Assembly: GCA_020444515.1 (NCBI GenBank) | Contig: JAHLKX010000011.1 | Coordinates: 28,862-92,861 of the forward strand | DNA length: 64,000 nt | Direction: 5' to 3' | From: Bacteroidota bacterium | GTDB lineage: Bacteria > Bacteroidota > Bacteroidia > Bacteroidales > JAADJA01 | Part shown: positions 50,181 to 61,800 of the stretch, one piece after another | Numbering within the stretch: position 1 is the stretch's first letter | Layout: every line of letters starts with the position of its first letter | Made by a program: the position numbers and the translations under genes | Notes under the pieces: generated by a model | Databases searched by the model: none | What the model saw: only the letters and a program-made list of their open reading frames with translations | Told to the model about the DNA's origin: nothing

Positions 50181-53100
50181 TTAGTGAATAAATACTTTCT
50201 TCGAAATTACATCCGCTTTAGTCCTCAACTTTACAATAACAAAGCCATTTACATTTGGTAGGGCTATTGTTTGGTTGGTACTTTTCAGATTGGAACTTTT
50301 ATGGATCAATCGCCCAGAATAATCGAATATTTCCGCTGATTGAATGGCAGTGCCATACGAAATTATTTGAATACTGCCCTGGTTAGCAAACACATGTATG
50401 GTTTCATCTGTTTCAACAGAATGTTGTTCGGGCTCAAAGAGGGTTAACCTGAATCGCAATCCATCAGCCTCATCAGAATAAAACTGGTAAACAGTATCTT
50501 CTGAGAGTTTTACAATGATATCTTTCTGAATATCCTCTATAAAGAGATCAGTTCCATAATCAAATCCGCTGAATTGTTTGAGCTGCAATGCATAAGATCC
50601 CGAGGCATGGATCCTGACCCCCAGGTTCACCGGAGATGCAATAGCAGCTTCAGGCAATGAGTTCAATGCCATTGGTGTTCAATCATCTGTTATGGAATAA
50701 AGTTGCGGAACCTCTTTCGAGAACAACTTCAATGCATCCAGATGTCCATCGTATTGCAAGCCGGCTCCCTGCTTAAACCGGATGACCGTTTCATCCTGAA
50801 TTCCTTCCGTAAGAACGGATAAACGAATGATCTGAGCAGACGAAGAGGTGTTTTTATAAAATGGGAAATGGTTGTGGTCCCTCACATTGTTATCCATTTC
50901 CAGCACACCATTTTGATGGGCATGTACAAAAAATCCCTGCATGGGTTGAATAACACTTTTACCGTTGTTCACTCCAATGCCGGGTTCAGTGCCATCTGTG
51001 CCGACATAATAGTGATAATTTCCACCACCACCATCTCCAACACCTTCCCAAAAATAAAGGGTATTATCGATGGATGACTTATTCCAGCCAACCGCATTCC
51101 AGTCAATAGATGATGGATAAGGATTTCCTACCAGATTCCATCCCTGGTTGATTTCCCCAGATTGCCTGGTTACCGGAAGCGCCATGTTCCCGTTATTCAA
51201 TATCCCTGAAAAGTTAATGAGGGTATGGCCGGCAGAAGCCCAGGCCGCATACCCTTTCATGGGAAGGATGGGTTCGGAAATCGAGGTAATATAGGGACTC
51301 CAGGCATCAGCTGACTCATTATATGTTCTGAGATACAAATCTTCGAAAACTATTGCATGGGCATCCTGTATCGGGCTGGCGACATAATGCCACTTATCAT
51401 TTGAAATATATAAATTTACACTGGCTGGCACATTATCCGAATGGTGAATGAGGGATCCGGACCCTTCTGGTGAACTTTCAATCAACAAACCGGATGTTCC
51501 TGCTTCATTCATTAATTCTCCAAAAACAGTGAGATCATTGTTGGAAGGGATAACCAAATGGGCACCGGATTCTATTCGAAGATTATTGCAAACAGCTTTT
51601 TCACCACTATTCGCTTCAGGGAAAAAAGGGTCTGAAAGATTGGCTGGAATAACAACATCCGAAACGATTGTAGGCAGGAAACCAATTTCCCAGTTCTCAC
51701 GTTCATTCCAGTCATTGGATACATTACCCAACCACCGGTTTGAAGCAGTCTTTTCCAATTTGAAGCCTCCCATGGCGAATCCCATTTCACCGGGAAAATT
51801 ATTGTCCCATCGTACTGCTATGCTAATCATTCCATCTTCACCAGGCTGTATATTTGTCCATTTTGCTACATAACCATTCACCGTGTTGTATCCGGTACTG
51901 AATGAAACTTCGTTTTCACCATAAACCACCACACCCTTACTGCTTATATTTTTGTAGGAGAGGGCATTATCAAGTCTCACCCGGGTAAAGCAACTTTCAT
52001 CGAGGAGGGGATCGTCATGATTTGCGGTCAATGTCAAAGTATAGAAGGCGTGAGGATCAAGGTTATCAAATTGAAGTATCAATTCATCTGTCGGATTGTC
52101 CAATGGTATCGAATGGCTGAGATCCACAATTATTTCTCCACTTGCACCAAAAACCATTGCTGCATCCGTTCCCGGATTGGTTTGTCCACCTGAATTTTCA
52201 ATCCATGAGAAAGATGTTGGGGTTTGATTCCCCGAAAACAGAACACCCGGCATATTTCCAAGCTGATAATCTATCAAACCCTGCGCAGAGCCATCATAAC
52301 CAACTTCAGTCACAAAGGGTGCATTGTTAGATAAAAGGCCTGGAGAAAGGTCATTAAAAGCCACCCAATCGGAATACAAAACGGCAGGAGAATATGAATT
52401 TCGGGCCACATAATTGCCATTAAAACAATCATGAGGGCTGGACCAAATACCTTTGCTATATCCCAGTCCCAGATCCTCTTCATCGGTATAATAACCGGGT
52501 GCAGAAAAAGGAGCATATAATGCGCTGGCTGATTCCCTTCTGATAATCCCCTCTCTAAAATCGTTGGTGCCAAGAGTATTTCTGATCACCTCCTGTCGGG
52601 GCCATGGCGCACCATCAAAAAAAGAATCACCAGTCAGGATTTCACCAGAAGGTACAGTGCCATCATGACGACCATACAACAAGTAATCCATGTGAACACC
52701 ATTGATCCGCAATTCAACGGATATGGCTTGTTCTAAAACGCCCCCTTCATTGGTTGGAAAATCCAGTGTAGTTTCCAGATCATAATAATTACCATTATAA
52801 GCTTTAACGCCTGATTCGGCAATCAAGAAAAAGCGATGGGGTTCAATCACCATTCCGGGCGAATTTTCTTCAAGTTGCCAGTAAATTTCTGTCATCCCAT
52901 CCTGATTGGCATCTGTACGCACAATAATTTGAAGGTTATCAATGGCAATGGATTCGTCAGTAGGATTGAACAGCTCGATGAATTCCCCCGGGCTTTGTCC
53001 AACCGGATCATCCCAACTTTGAAATCCAGCAATGATCACATTTCCGGTATTGTCGCATCGGTGACCAAACCAACAATCGACTGTTTGTTGTAATCGTTTT

Positions 53101-53981
53101 GCATCTTCAGGCGATGTCAACCATAAATTATTGAGGCCAAGGGTCGGTTTGTTGAATATATAAGAATACAACACCAGGGCATTCAGGTAACGGCCCGTAT
53201 AGTTTTGATGTTTGTTATCGACAGAATACAGATATAAGGGATTTTCTTCTGTCTGGTGATATTGCCAAATATCTCCGATGGGTGCTACCGATATATCATT
53301 GGAGGGGACATACGTCGCATGGTTCGGTACATAATTTTCTGCACAGTCAAAGTAGTGGTAGTGCAACTGCGATAAAAAATCCTCGGGATCTTCAAAGGCA
53401 TATGGGCTATAGTAACCATGGTCTTCCTGGAAAGCCCAGGTTTCAAAAAGAACAATATGGGCACCGGGACTGGTTGCTTTGATCCTGTCATAAAACCAGG
53501 TCACATCTTCCTTAAATTCAAGAGGATCACCGATCTCTGTTGGTTTTATGCTGTATTCCTGCATAACTACATAATCCCAGTTGCCAGCATCTACCAAATC
53601 CAGGCAAGCCTGGTCCTGACGGTAATAGCTAAGTTCACGTCCTCCTTCGACCCGCGCACCAATGTCCGGATCAGGCCATCCAGCATCATTTGCGAAAAAA
53701 TCGACAATTGTCGGAGCATCCGCAGTAAAGCTGTTTCCGATGAAAAGAATCCGCAATCCATCCAAATTAATTGCATATGAACCCTCCGGTTCTGATGATG
53801 GTGGTGATTCTGATAAATTCAATGTCGAATCTGGAACAACCTTATTGGATAATGGATTGGTAAATAATGAAGGGGTAAATCCTGTAAAAAACGCAAAAAA
53901 AACTAACAAGGACAGATTAATTTTACTCCATACAAGCCTTCTCACGCCACTTGCAGGCAAAATTGTAGTTTGGTTTTTCAT
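50181..53981 (-). pseudogene. T9SS-secreted multidomain protein (SGNH/DUF4886-like hydrolase, lamin-tail-like domain, type A CTD) interrupted by one in-frame TGA at 50679-50681
   Basis: ORFs 50679..54035 and 50181..50672 are in the same frame (...YSITDD*TPMALNSLP...). Motifs: LRILFIGNSFT, WDYVVMQE, DNKH; GEFIELFNPT; WLGNVSNDW; GWNLVGNPYPS; CTD IFDYSGRLI...ISKKVFIH. Likely start is MKNQ at 53981. Confidence 0.8.
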
Positions 53982-54074
53982 GTGATCAATGATATTGGTT
54001 GGTAATAGGTTAGGATTAAGATCAGAGTTTATCACATCAATAACACTCCTAATCTCTCATCTCAATTTCATTAA

Positions 54075-54082
54075 CAAAATTA
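54075..54082 (-). promoter_or_regulatory. Bacteroidota sigmaA -7 element
   Basis: TAATTTTG on the minus strand upstream of the T9SS substrate gene. Confidence 0.4.
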
Positions 54083-54271
54083 ATGATTGTTTTAATTGTA
54101 TATAGAATTTTAACGTTTACTTATGAAAATAACGCAAATACAGCAGGCTAAATATTCAGAAAATACTAAATTTCAGCCATTTGCATTAAATATTCTCGCA
54201 AAAGAGAATATCCCATCAAATTAGAAAATTGATTATCTTGCACTAAGATTTTCCATTTTGACAAATATTTC

Positions 54272-54321
54272 TACTTTTGTGCTTTTAAGCAGACTTAAAT
54301 TTTTATTTACCCAAACTTAAA
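54272..54321 (+). promoter_or_regulatory. Promoter followed by tandem DtxR/MntR-type operator candidates
   Basis: TACTTTTG (54272-79); perfect palindrome TTTAAG-caga-CTTAAA (54284-99); degenerate copy TTTAcc-caaa-CTTAAA (54306-21), offset by 22 bp. Confidence 0.6.
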
Positions 54322-54326
54322 CTACC

Positions 54327-54530
54327 ATGAGCAAGAATATAAAAAGCCCTTGTATCCAGGTTTGCAAGTATGATAAAAACGGCATTTGCCAGGGATGTTA
54401 CCGATCTATGGAGGAGATCACCGGTTGGCTTTTTATGACAGATGAGCAAAAACAAAAAATATTGGAAAATGTAGCCAGGCGAAAAGCTCAAATCGAAACA
54501 GAACAAAATAACTACGATCATTACGTTTAG
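54327..54530 (+). CDS. DUF1289 family small Cys-rich protein
   Basis: IKSPCIQVC...GICQGCYRSMEEITGW. Confidence 0.88.
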   Translation: MSKNIKSPCIQVCKYDKNGICQGCYRSMEEITGWLFMTDEQKQKILENVARRKAQIETEQNNYDHYV

Positions 54531-54532
54531 GT

Positions 54533-55189
54533 ATGTCAGTTTCAACAGAGGATTTTCTGAAAGGAATTTATCAATTGAAGGTGGACCTTCATCAAAAGGC
54601 CAACAGCTCTAATCTTGCTGCTCGTTTGAATATCTCCCATGCTGCTGTTACCGACATGGCCCGTAAATTATCAGGAAAAGGATTGATCCTTTACCAAAAG
54701 TATAAGGAATTTATCTTAACTCCTGAAGGAGAAAAGCTAGCCCTTCAAGTGATACGCCACCACCGATTGTGGGAATTGTTTCTTTCAAAGGTGCTCAACT
54801 TTCCTTTGTCAGAAATCCACAATGAAGCAGAATTGTTGGAACACCAAACCAGTGACTTACTGGCCGAAAAACTGGATGAATATTTGGGCAGACCTGAATT
54901 TGATCCTCATGGTGATCCCATTCCTGACAGGGAAGGTAAAATGCCACCAAACAATCACATCCTCCTCACGGATGCCCCTCCGGGAAAAACCTTCGAGATT
55001 GCACGCATCCACTATTCGGATCAGGATATGGTTGAATTTTTCACGAGCAATAACATCACCCTCGGACAAAAGATTTTAATTGAACAGGTGTTCAATAAAG
55101 GCGAAACAATGGCGCTCCGCATCGGTAGTAAGCCCTTTGTTTTAACCAGAACAATTACCCAAAATATTTACCTTAATAACATTACCTGA
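54533..55189 (+). CDS. mntR: DtxR/MntR family metal-dependent repressor with FeoA-like domain
   Basis: [45 protein letters not shown]. Confidence 0.9.
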   Translation: MSVSTEDFLKGIYQLKVDLHQKANSSNLAARLNISHAAVTDMARKLSGKGLILYQKYKEFILTPEGEKLALQVIRHHRLWELFLSKVLNFPLSEIHNEAELLEHQTSDLLAEKLDEYLGRPEFDPHGDPIPDREGKMPPNNHILLTDAPPGKTFEIARIHYSDQDMVEFFTSNNITLGQKILIEQVFNKGETMALRIGSKPFVLTRTITQNIYLNNIT

Positions 55190-55190
55190 T

Positions 55191-56009
55191 ATGATAGATT
55201 ATGATTTATCAGCCCTGATCGTTGCATTTGCTCTGACCCTCTTTGCTGGTTTATCGACAGGCATTGGTAGCGCGATCGCATTTTTTGCCAAACAAACCAA
55301 TACCAAGTTCCTGGCGATGTCTTTGGGTTTCAGTGCCGGGGTAATGATCTATGTTTCATTTGTTGAAATTATCGTTAAAGCCCGCGACGAACTGATCACA
55401 GAGTTGGGAGTCCGAGGAGGTCATTGGACCACCGTTGCCGCTTTCTTCGGTGGTATTCTGTTTATCGCCATCATTGACAAGTTGGTGCCCTCTGCAGAAA
55501 ATCCTCATGAAATCAGGATGGTGGAAGAAATGGATAACGACCCTGCGAAAAAAAATCGCAAACTTATGCGAATGGGTACCTTCACAGCTCTGGCCATCGC
55601 CATTCACAATTTCCCTGAGGGTTTGGCTACATTTACGGCTGCGCTCACAGAACCCAGCCTGGGGATTGCCATTGCAGTAGCCATTGCCATCCACAACATT
55701 CCTGAAGGTATTGCAGTGTCTGTACCTGTTTACTATGCGACCGGAAACAAGAAAAAAGCATTTACTTTATCATTTCTCTCGGGACTGGCAGAGCCGGTAG
55801 GTGCATTGATTGGATACCTGATCCTGCTCCCTTTTATGAGTCCGGTGGTGTTCGGCGTATTATTTGCCGGTGTGGCTGGTATTATGGTTTTTATTTCACT
55901 GGATGAACTGTTGCCATCAGCCCGGGAGTATGGAGAACATCATCTTTCTATTTATGGATTGATGGCTGGCATGGTGGTTATGGCAATTAGTTTACTTTTG
56001 TTTATCTAA
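55191..56009 (+). CDS. zupT: ZIP family divalent metal transporter ZupT
   Basis: [48 protein letters not shown]. Confidence 0.95.
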   Translation: MIDYDLSALIVAFALTLFAGLSTGIGSAIAFFAKQTNTKFLAMSLGFSAGVMIYVSFVEIIVKARDELITELGVRGGHWTTVAAFFGGILFIAIIDKLVPSAENPHEIRMVEEMDNDPAKKNRKLMRMGTFTALAIAIHNFPEGLATFTAALTEPSLGIAIAVAIAIHNIPEGIAVSVPVYYATGNKKKAFTLSFLSGLAEPVGALIGYLILLPFMSPVVFGVLFAGVAGIMVFISLDELLPSAREYGEHHLSIYGLMAGMVVMAISLLLFI

Positions 56010-56019
56010 AACTGATCGA

Positions 56020-56808
56020 ATGAAACGAATTATCACAATCCTTTTCTTTCTGGTTATTTTGATAATCCCCAGCATTGCTCAAACGGATACGATACCCACC
56101 ATCAGCACCGACCGACCAACACAAACCACTTCACCCTATTTTATCCCCAAGGGGGCCTTCCAAATCGAGACAGGTGTGATTTACACCCGACGGACCGACG
56201 ACTTTGATGAAAGGCAAATGATGAGCATTGGTAACAGCAATTTGCGTTATGGCGTATTTGAAAACTTCGAGGTGAATGTGATGGGCAGTTTCGAATCAAT
56301 GACGATCAATCCCAAAGAAAAAGGGAACGACTCTACGCTATCAGGTTTAGGTGGCGTTTCGGCCGGTTTCAAAACTTTTGTTTGTAAAGAAAAAGGAATA
56401 CGACCGGCTCTTGCAATCGTTGGAATCATTGCCCTCAGACATCTCGGAAATGAAAATTTTGCGCCAACATTCTCTTATCCGCTTGGCAAACTGGCTGCAA
56501 CACATACGCTGAGTAACCGGGCATCATTGGGTTACAACATCGGGTTTTCATATAGCGGAGAAGATGCAGATGGATTTTTCATCTATTCGGTTTACATGGG
56601 TTATTACATCACATCAAAACTTTGGTCATTCATCGAAGGATATGGAAATTTTGACAATGGCAATTTTCCCAATCACAGGGCTGACTTGGGGTTAACATAT
56701 TTGATCAGTCCCACTTTTCAACTGGATATATCCGGTGGAACCGGCTTTTCCAATGATGTTGACCGATCCTTTATTAGTGCAGGACTCTCATGGAGAGTTA
56801 ATAAATAA
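56020..56808 (+). CDS. Outer-membrane beta-barrel, Phenol_MetA_deg-like 'transporter' family
   Basis: Signal peptide, ISTDRPTQT, FQIETG, LRYG, terminal beta-strand ISAGLSWR. Confidence 0.8.
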   Translation: MKRIITILFFLVILIIPSIAQTDTIPTISTDRPTQTTSPYFIPKGAFQIETGVIYTRRTDDFDERQMMSIGNSNLRYGVFENFEVNVMGSFESMTINPKEKGNDSTLSGLGGVSAGFKTFVCKEKGIRPALAIVGIIALRHLGNENFAPTFSYPLGKLAATHTLSNRASLGYNIGFSYSGEDADGFFIYSVYMGYYITSKLWSFIEGYGNFDNGNFPNHRADLGLTYLISPTFQLDISGGTGFSNDVDRSFISAGLSWRVNK

Positions 56809-56815
56809 TCAGTCA

Positions 56816-57634
56816 ATGCACAGAAAAAAACAAATATTATTGTTTCTATTAAGTTTATTTGCTTTTTCAGGATTTACCCAGAACCAATCTTTCGTAAATG
56901 TTGCCCCGAGTTGGGCTGTAGAACCACTGGTAACCGATCGTCCCGACCAAACCGAATCATCTGTTACCGTTCCACGAAAAAGTTTGCAAATTGAAACCGG
57001 ATTTATTTACGAGCATTATGCAGAGGATCAGTATGTGCTTGAAAATATGGCATTGGGAACGACCCTGTTGCGATATGGTGTTCTGGAAAACTTTGAATTG
57101 CGGCTTGGATCAAGTTACCAGATCAACACTTTAAAACCTGCCTCCGGCACAGCCGACACTACCCAACAGGGAATAGCCCCCATCTCGGTTGGAATAAAAG
57201 TATACATCGTTCAGGAAAAAGGAATTTGGCCGGAACTTTCTCTTTTGGCCGATTTTACGCTGAACCAGTTGACAGCACTCGATTTTCGGCCAACCTACAA
57301 TTATTCCACCATCCAGTTGGCAGCCTCACATACCCTCAGTGACCGGTTTGGGCTGGGTTACAACCTTGGTTATGCCTATAACGGTGAAGACCCAAAGGGT
57401 TATTTCCTCTATTCGCTAGTCCTGGGGATCAGCGTATCAGAAAGGATCGGTGCTTTTGTGGAAAGTTATGGGAACTTTGATCCCGGAGCCATTCCGCGAC
57501 ACCGGTTTGATGCAGGATTCACCTACCTGATCAGTCAAAATATTCAAGTAGATATTTCAGGGGGTTTCGGACCCAAGGACACGGTCTCCATGGGATTTGT
57601 TTCAATGGGTTTGAGTTGGCGTTTCCCCGAATAA
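56816..57634 (+). CDS. Outer-membrane beta-barrel, paralog of the upstream gene
   Basis: Start MHRKKQILLF at 56816; LVTDRPDQTES, LQIETG, LLRYG, VSMGLSWRF. Confidence 0.8.
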   Translation: MHRKKQILLFLLSLFAFSGFTQNQSFVNVAPSWAVEPLVTDRPDQTESSVTVPRKSLQIETGFIYEHYAEDQYVLENMALGTTLLRYGVLENFELRLGSSYQINTLKPASGTADTTQQGIAPISVGIKVYIVQEKGIWPELSLLADFTLNQLTALDFRPTYNYSTIQLAASHTLSDRFGLGYNLGYAYNGEDPKGYFLYSLVLGISVSERIGAFVESYGNFDPGAIPRHRFDAGFTYLISQNIQVDISGGFGPKDTVSMGFVSMGLSWRFPE

Positions 57635-57635
57635 C

Positions 57636-58805
57636 CTATTCATCCAGATTTTTGAGTAGCTCTGATTTTAAATAGTACACGCCATCCATAGCAATCATAG
57701 CATTTTCGGGCAATGTTTGATCCGGAACTACATGGACAAATCCATCTTCAGTAAACCCTGTTTTTACATTAAATTTTTGAAAAGTCACGGAAGGTCCATT
57801 CACATCATCAGTTGTGTAAAAGCCATAGGTATCATCATCATTATCGATGATGATGGCTGTTTCGGGCAATGCTTCCAGCATTTGCTCACTGGTGTGGATC
57901 TTTGAAGAAACAAACATCCCGGGAATTAAATCCAGTCCCCTGGTTTTTACCGTTGCCAAAACATTGATCACCCTTCCTTCTGAGTCAACAGTGGATCCTA
58001 CATTGTCAATAAATGCTTCATTTTCTTCCGAATCATCTCCGGAAATACTAAAGGTAACACGCTGGCCCTTTTTAACCAGCGGAATATCTTTTTCAAAAAC
58101 TTTGACCTGGAGCATAAGATCAGACAGGTTTACCAATTCGAACAAGGGATGCTGCATATCAGCAAACATGCCAATGTTGGCATATATTTTATCCACGACA
58201 CCTGAAATGGGACTGATGATATTGATATAAGATACAATTTCTCCATTTTCAAGCTTTTCAATATTCACATTCAATAGCTCCAGTTCAGCTTCCGCTGCCT
58301 GAAGTGCTGAAACTGAGCGATTGTATTCGGCTTCCATGGCTTCAAATTCTTTTTCGGATTTGATATTCTGACCAATTAGTTTTTGTTGCCGTTCATATTC
58401 TTTTTTCATCAAAGCAAAATGGCTTTTTGTGTCCAGGTAGTTTTGCTGAATGCTGATAAAATCAGGATGGCTATAGGTAGCCAAAACCTGTCCTTTTCTT
58501 ACGGGCTCACCCGGTACCACATTGATGGTGCGAATAACCCCTCCGATCATCACCGAAACCGAAGCTTTGTTCTGGGGCGGAATAATTACCTGTCCACGAG
58601 CACTGACATCGTATGATAATAACTGGGGTGTAATTTTCCCGAAATAAATCCCGGCCCGCTCGATTTTGTCCTGGGTCAGTGTAATTCCCCCTTTGGTTTG
58701 TTCGACAGCTGTTTCATCGTTAACCACTTCAGGTTGTTGCTGGCAGGATATAAATCCCCATGCAAGGGCAACAATTATAGAGGTTTTTAAGATTGTCATT
58801 TTCAT
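57636..58805 (-). CDS. czcB: RND efflux periplasmic adaptor (CzcB/CusB-like), lipoprotein
   Basis: FISC lipobox, GEPVRKGQVL, ISPISGVV, VFEKDI, LIPGMFV, GVYYL. Confidence 0.9.
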   Translation of the reverse strand: MKMTILKTSIIVALAWGFISCQQQPEVVNDETAVEQTKGGITLTQDKIERAGIYFGKITPQLLSYDVSARGQVIIPPQNKASVSVMIGGVIRTINVVPGEPVRKGQVLATYSHPDFISIQQNYLDTKSHFALMKKEYERQQKLIGQNIKSEKEFEAMEAEYNRSVSALQAAEAELELLNVNIEKLENGEIVSYINIISPISGVVDKIYANIGMFADMQHPLFELVNLSDLMLQVKVFEKDIPLVKKGQRVTFSISGDDSEENEAFIDNVGSTVDSEGRVINVLATVKTRGLDLIPGMFVSSKIHTSEQMLEALPETAIIIDNDDDTYGFYTTDDVNGPSVTFQKFNVKTGFTEDGFVHVVPDQTLPENAMIAMDGVYYLKSELLKNLDE

Positions 58806-58816
58806 ATCTGGTAAAT

Positions 58817-61800
58817 TTACTGTGCTATTAAATATTCAATTTCAATGATGGCTGTATTGTATCTTTCAAGGATATCCAGGTATCGCAGTTTAATATCAAA
58901 AGCAATAGCAGTGTACCTCGCATAGTCAAGGTAGTTGATATCTCCTGACTGGTAACTCACCACCAGGTTCTCAATCAAAGTATTGGCTTTCTCCAGGGCA
59001 CCTTCTTCATAATATGCCAGTGATGCACGATAGCTATCGAGGGCTGTAAATTGTTTCTCAAGCTTATTCCGAAGACTCTGTTTTTCATATTCAAAAGAGT
59101 TTTCAGCCATTTGCATATCAATTTTTGTAGCCTGTACTTTTCCTGAATTTGACCAAAACCACAATGGAAGCGTAGCTCCAACCTGAAATCCTTCAAAACC
59201 ATTTGTCCTGTCAATCGACTGGTTAAAATAACCCACAAAGAAATCAGGCAGGTGCATCATTTTCTGTCTGTTAAAGCTGCGCCGTTGCAATTCCGCCAAT
59301 TGCCATATATACTGGGTTACCACATTGCTGGTGTCATTGATAGAATCTTTCAAAATCAGTGGTGCTGTGAACTTTAGCGCTCCTTCGACAGGTACAATTT
59401 TTTCTTCAATACCCAATAGTTGCAATAAATTCTGTTGTTCCGATACCAGTTCCGCATCAGCTTCCATGAGTTGCGTCTTTATTTTTAACGATTCTGATCC
59501 TGATAGCACCGAGGCGAGTTGATTGATATCCCCCGTTTCGTATTGCAAATCCGTGGCAGCCCTGAATCGATCATAAATGCTATCCATCTCCAGGAAAATC
59601 AAATACTTTTGATACCGCATTGTCCATCGCGAATAGGTACTTTTTACTTCTTTAAGCAGGTTTTGCTGCACCATATGGAACTGATTTTCCTTTAACCTTT
59701 CCAATTCACGGTAGTACTTAACCTGAGAAGTATAAACCGTTGGAAAACTAAAGGGTTGTCTCACCGACCAGTAATGGTCCCGCAAATCTGAATTGATCTG
59801 GCCGTCCTGGTATTCCAGTTCAGCAGGAGGCAGATTAAAACCGCTCTTTTTTAGTTTTTGCGCAGCTTCAATTTCAAGTGTTGCATTTTGAATATTCACA
59901 TTGTTTTCCTGAGCGATGGCAATCGCTTCATCCAGCGACAATATCCTTGTTTGATCCTGAGCCTGCAGTGAATAACCTGAAAACAGCATAAACAGCGCAA
60001 TTACTGTAACCGGTAGTTTTTTAGATTTTCGCATATGGAGTCCTTTATTGAACATGACATAAATCACGGGCAAAATCACCAGGGTCAGAAAAGTAGAGGT
60101 TACCAATCCACCAATCACAACCGTTGCCAATGGCTTCTGGACTTCGGCACCGGGAGCGGATGACAGGGCCATGGGGAAAAAGCCCAGAGCAGCAACGGAA
60201 GCCGTCATTATGACTGGTCGCAACCGGAGTCGTGTTCCTTTCTTCACCCGTTCCATGATATCATCGACACCCTCATCTCTCAATTGATTATAATAGGATA
60301 TTAACACGATTCCATTGAGCACGGCCACCCCGAAAAGTGCAATAAATCCAACCCCTGCTGAAATACTAAAGGGCATTCCGCGAAGGTATAAAGCCCAAAT
60401 CCCTCCTACAGCAGCCAGAGGAATGGCCGTAAAGATCATGATGGATTGCCGTAAAGAATAAAAAGCAAAATAGAGCAACACGAGGATGGTAGCGAGTGCA
60501 ATTGGCACTGCAATGCTGGAGGTACGACGGGCATCCTGCAGGTTTTCAAACTGCCCCCCATAGGTAATGTAATATCCGGGAGGAATGATCAGTTGGGCAG
60601 TCAGTTTTTCATTCACTTCATTCACAAAGGATTCTACATCCCGGTTACGAACATTGATACCAATGGTAATCCGACGTTTGGTATTATCCCTGGAGATTTG
60701 CATGGGGCCCTGCTGGATCGAAATGTCAGCCACCTGACTCAGGGTGATCAATTCACCGGTGGGAGGATTGATGCGCAGGTTTTGTACACTCTTGAACTCA
60801 TTGCGGCAGGTTTCACACAAGCGCACCACCAAGTCGAAACGCTTTTCTCCTTCAAATATGACCCCAGCCGACTCACCAGCATAAGCCATTTTAATAATTC
60901 GATTGATATCGTTGATATTGAGACCGTATTGTGCCAGTTTATCACGCTTGTAATTGATCACCAGCTGCGGCAATCCAACAATCTGCTCTACCTTGACATC
61001 ACCAGCACCTTCAACTTCCTGAATAATAGCAGCTGCTTCATTGGCTTTACTGTACAATTGATCCAGATCCTCACCATAAATCTTTACGGCTACATCCGCC
61101 TTTACTCCAGTCATCAGCTCATTGAATCGCAATTGGATAGGCTGCTGAAATTCAAAAGAGAGTCCGGGCAGTACTGAAAGTTTTTCCTTCATTTTTTCCA
61201 CGAGTTCCTCACGTGTTTTTGCCGAGGTCCATTCTTCCTTTTCTTTCAGGATGATCATGATATCGGCATCCTCAATGGCCATAGGATCGGTAGGCACCTC
61301 CGCCGTACCGATCTTGGATACGACTTCAACCACCTCCGGAAAATTATCCAACAGGATCTTTTCTGCTTTGGTGGAAGAGGCAATGCTTTCGGTCAATGAA
61401 GAACCTGGTGCGAGGGTCATCTGGGCAGCGAGGTCACCTTCTTCCAGGGTTGGAATAAATTCACCCCCCATCCTTGCAAATGCTAAAAAGCTGATCACTA
61501 AGATCAGCAAGGTCAAACTGATCATCATGATCCGGTACTTTAAGGCAAAGTTTAAAACGGGCGAATGAGAACGCTGTAGAAATGCAACAATGCGATCGGA
61601 AAATGTAGTTTTATTCACCACCTTTTTGCTCAGTGCCAAGGAGGCCATCATTGGGACATAGGTTAATGATAAGATCAGTGCTCCCAATAAGGCAAAACTA
61701 ACTGTCTGAGCCATGGGCTTAAAGGTCTTGCCTTCAATTCCGGTAAAAGCCAGGATAGGGATGTATACAATGAGGATGATCAATACCCCAAAAACGGCCG

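Noticed and set aside
54190-54211. ATATTCTC-N6-GAGAATAT inverted repeat between divergent genes
   Set aside because: Single copy in AT-rich DNA with no assignable regulator
58817-60040. CzcA-TolC fusion as a novelty
   Set aside because: A common architecture for Bacteroidota heavy-metal RND pumps
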